This document shows, one piece after another, positions 10,380-20,800 of a stretch of 64,000 nt of DNA. This DNA is from Geosiphon pyriformis uo1 (taxonomy: Eukaryota; Fungi; Glomeromycota): assembly GCA_016748015.1 (NCBI GenBank), contig JAAOMT010000479.1, positions 148,427 to 212,426 on the forward strand, given 5' to 3'. The position numbers were made by a program, and so were the translations under genes. Within the stretch, counting starts at the first letter, position 1; the number at the start of each line of letters is the position of its first letter. The notes beneath the pieces were generated by a model. The model was not told where the DNA came from, ran no database searches, and worked only from the letters and a program-made list of their open reading frames with translations.

Positions 10380-12610
10380 AGTAATAGTAACAGGTGGGAT
10401 ATTACTGGGGAGTGGTTGTTTTTGGGCGGATTTCAGGTTATTGGCTGAGACATCTTCTGGAGAGACCAGAAGACTTAAATAGTTCTGGAAATTTGGGTTT
10501 TGGGTGACACCAGTACCCGAATTCCAAGAACGTGATCCTGATGGTGAGTTGGAAGAACTGGAGATAAATTGGTGGACAACTATTGCCGATCTCTAGTTTT
10601 GTGTGATTCTAGGTTTGGAGTGGCCTGATGTCATATTAACTGAATTTTGGGGCAGTGTCTGAATTGATTGGGGTTGATAAATTACTTGGGGTTGTGGCTA
10701 ATAGATTACTGGTGGCTGTGGTTGATAAATTTGAGGTTGATATACTGGCAGTTGATAGATTGGTGGCTGTGTCATTGGCAGATAAGTAATTTGATCTTGA
10801 TTTGGGTAACAATTCGGAGTTTGAAATCTGCAATCGAGGTTTTAATATTGATTTCCCGATCATGAATTGTTGCTATAAAATCTGCAGTCTGCTCTTATGT
10901 GCTCTTGTTTACCACAGTTGTGACAAATATGTGTTTCTGGCTGCCATAGCTGATTAGGTGCTGCTAATGATGATGATGGACATGACTGATTTTGGAAACA
11001 ATTCACATTTCCTGAATTATTGCATCATTGTGGTGGTTGATAAATTGCACGATTGTCAGCTAAGTATCCCTCTAACTTCTGATTAATTGAATCACTGAAT
11101 TGTTTCAATTTAGAATCCAATTTAGATAATCTATTCATTACTAGGTTTATGGCATAAGTGTAATTGGCTTCTAATTTAGCAGATTCGAAATTTCGGGCCT
11201 GTGTGACTGCATTCTAAAAAGTAGCTAGATACAGTGAGCATATGTGTTGCAAAATACTACTGCACAAACCATGGATGAATTGATTGAGAATTTGTGGCAC
11301 TGTGAAATAATTAGCATCAATTGCTTGGATTTGTCGCAGATTTCTATGAAAGCATTCTAGATATGTGGTAACTGCTTCAGTTTCTCTTTGTTTAATTGTA
11401 GTGAAAGTGTTGGCTAATCTGTTGATGCTGTTGTTATTGCTAAAATATCTCAAAAATTCTAATTTGAAGGCGTTGAAATTTTGGGGTTTGTCGACCAGGC
11501 TTTGATACCATGAATCTGCTGTGTTCTTGAGGAAATAAAGTATGGCTTACATGGCTCTGGCATTATTTTATTCATTGGCTGTAATGGTTTTTTCTATATC
11601 ATTTAGCCAAACTTGTACATCATTCTCTTTGCCAGTGAATTTGTTGAGCTTTGTGATTGGTGCATATGCCATTTGTTGTTGTTGCTATAGTAGAAGTTGT
11701 TGTTGTTGTTGAGGTAGTACTGAGGGTGGTTGTTGAGTTTGTTGGTTTGGTATATGGATGAGCTGACCAATTGGTTCAACTGGTGGTTGATCGATGACAA
11801 TAACTGGAGGTAAGTGTTAATTAATTACTTTGGGGTTTTGATTTTGCAGTGCTTGAATATTTGGAGTTTCGATTTCTGGATTTTCTTGCTGAGTTTGAAT
11901 GTTCAGAGTTCCAAATTCCAGGTTTTTAAGGATCAGGTTTTGGTAAGTAAATTCTTAATCTTCCGATTTTTTTTTCTTTTTTTCTTCAGATAGTTCTCAC
12001 AGAGTAGTGGTTCCAAAGTCTAGTTGAGGCAGTGGTGATCAAATTCCTGATAGTGTTGGTGATTGTGACTTAAATCCTTCAAAATATTCACTATATGGTC
12101 CTAGTAGATCTGTTTTTTTTTGTTTACTTTGGAATGAAAATTGTCCAAATGTTGATATCGTATTTGATGTGGACACACTTGCTAATGTTATATTGATGAC
12201 ACTTCCCAGTGTGTAGTGATAGGATGGAGCAGTTGGTAATTCAACTCTTGTTTTCTTCTAAGTCAGTAGTTGTATCCTTTTGGGTGTTATCGCTGGTGTT
12301 TGTAGTTTTCCTTTGTCTTTACTGGCGTAAGTAATTGGATATCTTTGTTGATCTCAGTAATGATTGAGGCAAAATTGTGATTTGTTGGCAGGTTGGTATT
12401 TTGAATTAATTCTCTGTAGAAAGTTTCCCTGGCTGATTCAGTATTCACTGGTGTTTTTAACAAAGAGAAAATCTTTTTGTTGATGTAGAAATTAAAGGCT
12501 GATTCGGCAGATATATGATTGTAATTTAATCCCAAATGTTGACAATAGTGTTGAAATAGGAATTTCACAAATCCTAAATGGTTTGCTCCTATGTTTTCTG
12601 ATTCTGCCAC
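10380..12610 (-). pseudogene. gag of element A (N-terminal extension, capsid, CCHC zinc knuckle, YQP-rich linker)
   Basis: VAESENIGANHLGF…; MAYAPITKL at 11672; capsid ORF 11214-11453; CHNCGKQEHIRADC at ~10884-10925; P/Q/Y-rich linker runs in frame into protease. Confidence 0.9.
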
Positions 12611-12652
12611 TTTTGGATGGTGTTTGTTGGTGCTGGTTTTCTATAAGATTAT

Positions 12653-12670
12653 ATCTCACAAAGAGCACCA
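12653..12670 (-). promoter_or_regulatory. Primer binding site of element A
   Basis: TGGTGCTCTTTGTGAGAT starts 2 nt after the LTR CA end; TGG pairs with tRNA CCA. Confidence 0.88.
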
Positions 12671-12672
12671 AA

Positions 12673-13568
12673 TGTTACAGATGACAATTTTTGGTATTGA
12701 ATTAAATACGAACCTATAACTTGATGCTCAAAGCTATTCTTGTTGTCAATGATCTGAAGATTTGGTATCTGAAGGTTTTGTATCTGAAGGGTTTGGTTGA
12801 GTTTTTTGTATAATAAACAGAGATTCAATGGTAATAGATTTTTTCATAGCTTCTCAAAACCGCAGTTTTGTCAATTTTTTTCTTAGCTTGATGGCTGGTA
12901 TTCCTCCTAATAAGCTATCTTCAATCAAGTATTTTATTCTTATTTCTGAATTTTTTACCAATCATGTTTATCCTAACATCAGTGCCCCATGTGTTAATCT
13001 TCAATAGAGTTAGTATACAACAATAAAATCAAAGCAAGAAAATAAAGAAAAAAAAATAAAATAAAGAAAAAAAAAAAATAAGACAAGACGATTTGCAAGT
13101 TAGTATTTCGTTAATAGCCATGATCAAGAGCTATTTTTCCAGTGTGGTTAAGTATCAATTATTATCAACATGAAGTGTTGATAGTAGAAATGGGTTTGAG
13201 ATAACAAAATAGTTATTTATTAGATGATTATAATTTGGAAAGTGGCTTAGATTAAATTTAAAACTAAGAGATCTGTCTTTTCAGCTTCTAATCCTGCTGC
13301 TATATATACATAATTGAGATTCCTCAATTCCTTGATTCTTTACAACAGGAATCTTAGAATTTCTGGAAGCCTGCAATTCCTGGAATCTTGCAATTCCTTT
13401 GAAAAGAATCCTGGAATTTTAGAATTCTGCAATTCTTTGTCAGGGAATTCTGAAATTCTTGGAATTCTGCAATTCCTGAGAGGAATCCTGGAATTCCATA
13501 TTTACTACATCTACTTTTGATTGGCTAATAATCATGCTAATATATTTCCTATATTTCTATAAGTAGCA
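12673..13568 (-). repeat. 5' LTR of element A (896 bp)
   Basis: Minus strand TGCTACT…GTAACA; followed by PBS; matches 3' LTR; R/U5 homologous to LTR of element B. Confidence 0.93.
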
Positions 13569-13572
13569 TTAT

Positions 13573-14315
13573 GGTTTCAATTTCCGAGTTTTCTGTGATC
13601 AGATTCTGGTAAGTAAATTCTTAATCTTCAGATTCTTCTTTCTCTTCTTCTTCTTGTTCTTCTTCTAAATCTGTTACTTCCCAGAGACTTGCAGTTCCAA
13701 AATCTGGTTGAAATAGTGGAGATCAAAGTCCTGATGGCATTGGTGATCACGACTTAAATTCTTTGAAATATGCGCCATATGGTCCTAAAAGATCTTCTTT
13801 TTTTTATTTACTTTGAAATGGAAATCGTCTAAAGGTTGATGTCACATGTAATGTGGACGCGTCTGTTGATGTAATATTGATGGCGCTTCTGGGTGTATAG
13901 TGGTATGATGGTTTTGTTGGTGATTCGACTCTAGTTTTCTTTAAGTAGGTGGTTGTATCCTTTGAAGTGTTACTGCTAGTGTTTAATTTTTCTTTGCCTT
14001 TGTTTGCATAGGTAATTGGATATTTTTGTTGAGTGTGAATTTCAATTTCTTTATTGATTTCAGTGAGGATTGCTGTGAAATTGTAATTTGTTGATAGACT
14101 GGTATTCTGGATTAATTTGTTGTAGAAGTTTCCTCTAGCTGAATCGGTTTCTACTGATACTCCTAGTAAATATGAGATTTTCTTGTTGCGTAAAAATTGA
14201 AAGCTAATTTTGTTGATAAATGGTTGTTGGTTAATCCTAAATGTTGACAGTAGTGTTGGAATAAGGATTTCGCAAATTCTAAATAGTTTGTCCCTGTTTT
14301 TTTAGATTCTGCCAC
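13573..14315 (-). pseudogene. N-terminal part of gag of element B
   Basis: VAESKKTGTNYLEFAKSLFQHYCQHLGL…GPYGAYFKEFKSRSP-like; homologous to 11900-12610. Confidence 0.85.
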
Positions 14316-14358
14316 TGTTTAAATAGGTGTTGTTGGTACTGATTTTCTGTAGGATTAT

Positions 14359-14376
14359 ACTTCACAAAAAGCACCA
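14359..14376 (-). promoter_or_regulatory. Primer binding site of element B
   Basis: TGGTGCTTTTTGTGAAGT, 2 nt from the LTR end; near-identical to PBS of A. Confidence 0.85.
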
Positions 14377-14378
14377 AA

Positions 14379-15243
14379 TATTACAGATGATTATTTGGGG
14401 TCTCAAGTTAAATAACAAATCCGTAATATAGTGCTTGGTTGATATTTTGGTATTGATATCTGAAGGTTTTGTTATTGAGTTTTTTGTATAATAGACAGAG
14501 AGTGAATTGATGGTTTTATCTGTAGCTTCCCAAAACCACAGTTTTATCAAATATTTTTCTCAGCCTAGTGGCTGGTAATCCTCCTAGTAAGCTATCCTCA
14601 AGTCTATGAGTGTTCTATCCTTGTTTCATAGGTCTTTTATCAGTCACTATGATGTCTATATCTCAGCACTTTTAATCCTCAATCAATTAGTATACAACAA
14701 TAAAAATCAAAAAAAGAAAAGAAAATAAAATAAAATAAAATAAAAAAAGGAGCCAAGACAATGCACAAGTTAATATTCCATCAATAACTGTGATCAAGAG
14801 CTATTGTTACTGTGGGTTTAAGTATCAATTACTATCAACATGAAGTGTTGATAATGAAGAGTAGATTTGAGATAGTGAATAATTATTTATTAATATTTGT
14901 GATGTAAAAGGTTTTTAACTGATGGATTCTGCTTTTTCTACTTCTAACACTACTGCTATATATACATAATTGATGTTTTACGAGATTGCTCACATTTCTG
15001 AGTGATGTGTTATGATTTCTTGAGTAATGCTCACATTGCTGAGCAATATGCTCTAATTTTCTAACATCACTCCACATTGCTGAGTGATGTGCTGTGTTTT
15101 TTGACATTGCTCCACATTGCTGAGCAATGTGCCATGATTTCTGACATTGCTCTATATTGCTGAGCAATGTGCTTATGTGTTAACTACTACTCACTTATTG
15201 GTCTACTATTTTCTATATCTGTTTTTTCTTTTTATAAGTAACA
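14379..15243 (-). repeat. 5' LTR of element B (865 bp)
   Basis: Minus strand TGTTACT…GTAATA (CA end decayed); TATATATA and AATAAA; R/U5 homologous to 12673-13310; LINE ORF1 sequence begins right after 15243. Confidence 0.9.
14986..15172. repeat. Five tandem 40-41 bp units, each with a 19 bp palindrome CACATTGCTGAGCAATGTG (U3 of LTR B)
   Basis: Palindrome copies start at 14991, 15032, 15073, 15113, 15153. Confidence 0.9.
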
Positions 15244-17897
15244 GTGAAGCAAGTAGTGTGAGTGGTCTGTTGGACTTGAAAAACATGAAAAATACTGTCA
15301 CTAAAGAAACTAGTTACGCTGACTCAGACAATTCTGTGGTCAATAACATGAAGGACAATATCACGCCCAGGAAAATGCACACTTGCATATATGTGTTAAG
15401 TTAACCTCTGAAAGCTTTTTTGTTTGACGTTTTAAGTGGTAATAAGAATATGGTAGCTTTTCTACCTCCTAAATTCAAAAATTCTAATCAGCTGCTGAGT
15501 ATTAAGTCATGTGTTTCAGAAAAAAAAAACTTTGAGCCAGTCAAATCTTTTGTATTGGATATTGAGCTATCTGCTGTGCCTGGAAAAACAAACAGTGATA
15601 AGTTAATTGCAATCAAAAAATTTTTTTATTAAGTAGATGGTTTTGGGGGAGCTTCTACTCCTTCAAAATTCCCAGGAATCATCAGATCCTTCTTTATTTC
15701 TGAGTTGAGTCTTAACAAGGCTAAAAAATTGACAGTTTGTGAGAAAATTTTAATAAATAATGATGTTAGAAAGTTGAACATTGTTACCAGTAAAATTTTA
15801 GCTATTAATTAGCATATATTATTATTTTGATTATCACTTATTATTTAATCAAATTATTAAATATCATTACTTAATCAATAATTTGATTTGTACTCTAGAA
15901 ATTAAGATAATCAAATTACACAATACCTTAAATCTTTTAACATAGTCAAAATTTGCCGAAATTAATAAAAATTTGCCGAAATAATCAATAGTTCAGTGAA
16001 ATAACTTGTAAATTTGCCAAAATGTATCTTTAGTTCACCTAAATTGTAGCAAAAAGAAAAGTACAAGTTCAAAGACTAGTACTACAACAAGTTGTATAAA
16101 AAAAGAGCTTTTCTCCTCAAGAAAATGTATTTTCTCATATCTTACTATAGTATCTTACTTTAGATATCTTAATTAAAACAAATCACTTTTTTACACATCT
16201 CAAAATAAAAATTAAATATTCGAAAACCAAATTTTTTGATTATTACACTTGAAATTTCCTCAACACAAACTAACATTTTGAAATTGATTAGCTACCAATT
16301 TCAGTAATTTGTTAATAACTTCAGGCTTGGATAGAAAACGTTTCCCTTAATAAAATTCTATTTCTTTTATATTTCTTTTATTTTTTTATTTTTTTCTTAT
16401 TACAATCATTGAGGTAGCCTACAGACGAGATTCCTGTTAAAGAGTTGACTTTTACAGCAAAGTAACTACACATTTTTTAGTGAGCTTCCAAACAAGCAAT
16501 TCCTGGGAAAGAGTTGACATTTACTACAACGTAACTACATAAAGTAACTGGCAAGGAATTGGCCATTCCACTTATAAGTCCAGCAGTTCAAATTATAGAA
16601 GATAATTTGAAGATAAATTCAGTTACTGGAGATTCAACTACTTTCTGGAAATGTAAATTTACAGCAAATTAACATTAACAACATTCAAGAAAAGAAACCA
16701 AAAACCTCCAGTAACAGTGTTCATTCAAATCAGAAAATAATTGTCAAGAAAATTCCAGTAGATCTTCTTAGATCAGCAGTTGAGTCAGTTTTTACTAAGT
16801 TTGGTAAGATTGTGTCAATCAAGATGCAATTGATTGGTTTGTGGCAAAAAGCTTTGGTTGAGTTTAAGTCATCAAAGGTGGCTAGTTTGGTTGCTTCTAA
16901 ATGGTCAGTTCTCATGAGAAAGGATTCTGTGTAGATGGCATTGGCTGTTAAAGATAAACAATCTTGGGTATTTAGAGATCAGCATAAGGCCTTGCTCTAT
17001 ACTTTACCAGTTGGCACTACTGTTCATGATTTGTCTGGTTTACTTGATTCATATGGTGAAAAGACCTGTTTGATTGGTTGCAATCCTAGTTCTTATGTTT
17101 GTGACAGATGTGCTGTGGTTTGTTTGGCTGATGAGGAATCAAAGTTGGCTGTAATTGGTTCTATTCCGGTTTTTAAGAGTGTGAATTTGCGATGAACTGG
17201 TCTTTCTCTGGCTTGCTGTGCCAAATGCAAACAAATTGGTTACATCTTTGATGCATGTTTGTCTGGTGAGATTTCTGGAATTCGTGGAAAGTGGATGGTG
17301 ACTGACCAGGATCAGGTTTGTCTGGCTAGTATCTATAAGAAAAAACATGCTTCTATTGCCCATTCAGTTTTTTTTGGTGATAGAACTTGGGCTCAGGTAG
17401 CTGGTAGTTTATCTTCTCATGTGGCTTCTTCAGTTTTTTTTGGTACTAGTCTGTTCCTTGTTGCTGAGATCTCCCTATTTGCTTCTGCTTTGTCTGGCAA
17501 TTGTGACATATATAGTTGCTTGGCTTTTTTGGAACGCTTTCTAGAACTTTTGGCTGATCAGGTTTCTGGTATTTTGGAGAAATTGGGTTCCATAAATTTA
17601 GTGCTTTTGGCAAATACATCTGATGCTTATTCTCTGGCAGTTCCAGTGTTTGTGGTTTCAGGTTTGGATTTAAATATGGTATTGAATGATGCTTTAGCAA
17701 TTCCCAACTCCTCTACTCCTGTCATTAGTAATACAGCTCTCATTATAAGTCCAAGTAGTTCTAAAGTTTTGACTACCAAAATTGGTGGTTTAGAATCCAA
17801 GATGGTGGCTTTGGAGATTTTGGTTGAATCTGTTTTGGAAAAATTGAATTGTTTGTGCTTAGGTTTGGGTTTGTTGGCTGCCTTTATTTCTCAATAA
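15244..17897 (+). pseudogene. LINE ORF1 (RRM-like repeats, CCHC knuckle, C-terminal coiled coil), split by solo LTR
   Basis: IVKKIPVDLLRSAVESVFTKFGKIVSIKMQ (RRM-like); CAKCKQIGYIFDAC knuckle; KIGGLESKMVALE; the frame is restored across 15782-16720. Confidence 0.8.
15782..16716 (+). mobile_element. Solo LTR C (935 bp) inserted in LINE ORF1
   Basis: TGTTAC…GTAACA ends as in LTRs A/B; no coding content; flanks ACAT/GTGT differ only by transitions. Removing it plus 4 bp restores ORF1 (KLN-IHSNQ). Internal repeats AAATTTGCCGAAAT x3 and AAGAGTTGAC…GTAACTACA x2. Confidence 0.82.
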
Positions 17898-20800
17898 GTG
17901 TTTTGGTTTAGAAGATTGCCATGTGCAATGTAAGAGGCATGAACAATTCTATGAAACAGGAAGATATAATTCATTGGCATAAGGAGACAAACAATTTTAT
18001 TTTTATTGTTACTGAGACCAAATTAAAAGGTAAAATTTGCCCATGAATTATAAATAAGTTTGATGGTATCTGGGTGTTTACTTCTGGTTTGAATTCTGGT
18101 CATGTGGGCTCTGGCGTTGTGATTGTTATGGACATTTCTTTAGCAAAACATGTGTGCAAAGTTTCTGAGATGCCTGGTGGGTTACTGTCTATTAAGTTGC
18201 TTTTCAAGAATAAACTTTCTGTGTCTATTTTGGGATTATATGCTGGTGCTTCTTCAACAGTTCAGTTCTCTCAGGCTGATAAAGTCAACTTTCTCATTGC
18301 TAAGGCTGTTAATAAATCTTTTTTTGTTGTTTTGGATGGTAATTTCAATGAGAATGGTTTACATAAAAGTGTGAGTTTTAAAAGATGTCTAGACTTGGGG
18401 CTGGTTAACTCTTTGTCAGGTAGCCCAGTAGTGAAAAGTTCTACATGGAAAAATTCGAAAGGTGTGAAAAAAACAATTGATTTTGTGCTAGTTTCATTTA
18501 ATTTGGTTAATGCAGTAGTAGATCACAATGTTGTGGATGTGAGCAAACATTTCAACACTAATCATTGGGCAGTTTCTGTTTCTGTAAGCCTGGGTGGTCT
18601 GCTGGATACTTAGTTAAACTTTCTTCATAGTCAGGCTAATAGAGATTGTTGGAAGTTTGATTTTAGGGGTGCTGATGACATTAAATAGAAAAGTTTTAAA
18701 GATGCCACTTCAGTCAATGCTGATATGTTTGCCAATGAGTTTGAAGCTGCTGTACAACTCTCAAATTTGGATATTATGTAGAATGTTTTGTGCAAAATAA
18801 TGACTCTTTCAGCTAATGAGATATTTAGGAAGAAATGGTTCAAAGATTTTGATGGAGTTTTCATCAGAGATTCTTTGAGATTTCATAAGCTAGAGTTGCT
18901 AGTGTCTAAGCTGGTTAAGGCTTTTCACTTAGTCTCTAATGTGGAATTTGCTTCATTGTTGGATATGTGGTGTGGGATTGATACTGATAGTGCAGCAGTA
19001 ATAAAGTCTTTATTTCTTTTAGGTTCCAATTTTGACACGATTTGCTTGGCTCTGATTAAGGTGAGGAAATCTTACCACTTTTCTAAGTTGCTGGAATTCA
19101 GGCATGCTGAAAAAGTGTGTATCAAGGCAGCTATTAATAAGAAAATAGAGAGCTTTGAATCAGACAAGGATTATACCATTAGGAGTGTTTTGGAGTGCTC
19201 CTTTTACAAGGTGGTACTGGATTATCTGGTAGTAGGTAACGAATTGGTATTGGAGCCAATCCTAGTTAAATCTAGAGTGGATAGGATCATGAAAGGTTGA
19301 ACCAAGAAGTGCAGAGTAATGCCTGACATTTCAGATAAATGGTCCTGCCAATACCGGCCTTTGGAGTATGTTTTCAATGATGCTTTTTCTAGTGTGATGT
19401 GTCCTGTTGGTATTGATAAATTGCTTGGTGTGGTTTCTAATCTTTCTGAGAATAAAGCTGCTGGTCTCTCTGGGATTTCGAATGAACTCTGGAAACATTG
19501 CAATAAATCAGTTTTGGATATGCTTTTGGTGCTTTTGAATTCTTGTTTGATCTGCGAATCAGTATCCAGTGCTTGGAAGGAAGCTTGGGTTTTGATAATT
19601 CCTAAGTCATATGAGTAGGATAGAGTTCTCACAAACATCCAACCTATTGTTTTGATTGAAACTGCCTGCAAGATTCTTTTTAAAATTCTCTTAAATAGAA
19701 TCTTGTCAGCATGTAGTATTTTTGATGTTTTGCGTGGGGACAATTTTTCAGTCCTAAGGGGTACGACAATGCAGTCACCCATTTTTGCCATTGGTTCAGT
19801 GGTTGAAGATGCTTTGGAGAAGGGTTATAAACTCTGGTTGGTCTTGCAGGACATGTGGAAGGCTTATGATTCTGTTGGGTGAGAGCATCTTTGAAACAGT
19901 TTGGTTAGGATAAAGATGTGTAGCAAGTTCATTAGGTTTTTTGGTGGTATTTATAATGATTGCATTAATAGAATTATAACAGATTTTGGTTTGACAAATG
20001 AATACAGAATGCACGATGACTTGGACTAAGGGAAAGTGTTCTTGCCACTTCTTTGGCACATATTTTATGATCTTCTTCTGTATGAGGTCAAAAGACAGGC
20101 AGATGGGTGTGGATATAGGTTGAATTTTTACTTTATTTCTGAATGTGGTCGTGCCAAATTTTGGGCTGGTCTCTCCTCTTTTTTTGCTGTAAGTGCCTTT
20201 GTTGATGATACTATATGGATTGGCAGCAGTCAAAGTGCTACACAGTATATTCTCAATATTGCTAGTGAATTTTTTGATATCAATAATATTTCAATTAATA
20301 ATAATAAGACTGTGGCCATTCTCATCAATTGCAAGGTTGCAGATTCTTTTCTGTTAATCAGTGAGTTATCTATTTTTATTGCCAAGAAAGAGGAATTGCA
20401 TTACTATTTAGAGATCTATCTGTCAACTGAGGGTTTTTTCAAACCTAGCCTGGCCAAAGAACATTCTGATGTCCGGTTTTTTGCTAATCTGGTCCTCAAA
20501 AAGACAGTATCTGATAAGCAGTTTTTGTATTTGGTTTCAGCAGTCCTCTTTCCTATCATTGGTTATAGAACACAATTCAGTTATGTTCTTGTCAGTGCTT
20601 ATAAGAAGTAGGACACTTTAATTCATAAGAGCTTGAAATCTAAATCTGGCCTGCTGCATGACTTCCCTAATAATACAATTCATTATTTTTCTCTGTATGG
20701 TTTGAAAACTTTTGAACAGATTCAGGCCGAGAATAACTCAGCTTCAGTCATTTCTTTCACAAACTCTATTGGTATTTTGGGTCATCTATTTTCTTACCAG

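Larger units (their letters stand above)
3848..13568 (-). mobile_element. Full-length decayed Ty3/Gypsy LTR retrotransposon A nested in gag of element B
   Basis: Two LTRs (3848-4307, 12673-13568), PBS, PPT; domain order gag-PR-Cys-rich-dUTPase-RT-RH-IN-ORF3; many stop codons. Confidence 0.95.
1..15243 (-). mobile_element. Ty3/Gypsy LTR retrotransposon B (decayed; 1-3847 plus 13573-15243), interrupted by element A; 3' half lies before the window
   Basis: 5' LTR 14379-15243 and PBS, then gag. Gag reads across the element A insertion (…ENSEIET|PNFQTQQ… once 4 bp are removed), followed by protease (LILDSGLAGS), Cys-rich domains and dUTPase, all colinear with element A. Confidence 0.9.

Noticed and set aside
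10636-10863. S/T-rich ORF suggesting a gag/pol frameshift
   Set aside because: Shadow frame; the YQP-rich frame continues from the zinc knuckle into protease with only transition-type stops.
12781-13198. 418 bp LTR difference as a spliced intron
   Set aside because: No GT-AG boundaries on either strand reproduce the 3' LTR junction; a TTTG microhomology explains it.
14362-14620. Small ORF in LTR U5 (EDSLLGG…KLWFWEA)
   Set aside because: A and B differ by frame-breaking indels; conservation is better explained by RNA/DNA signals.
14986-15172. Regularly spaced palindromes resembling a CRISPR array
   Set aside because: The spacers resemble each other, the array lies inside an LTR U3, there are no cas genes and the context is eukaryotic.
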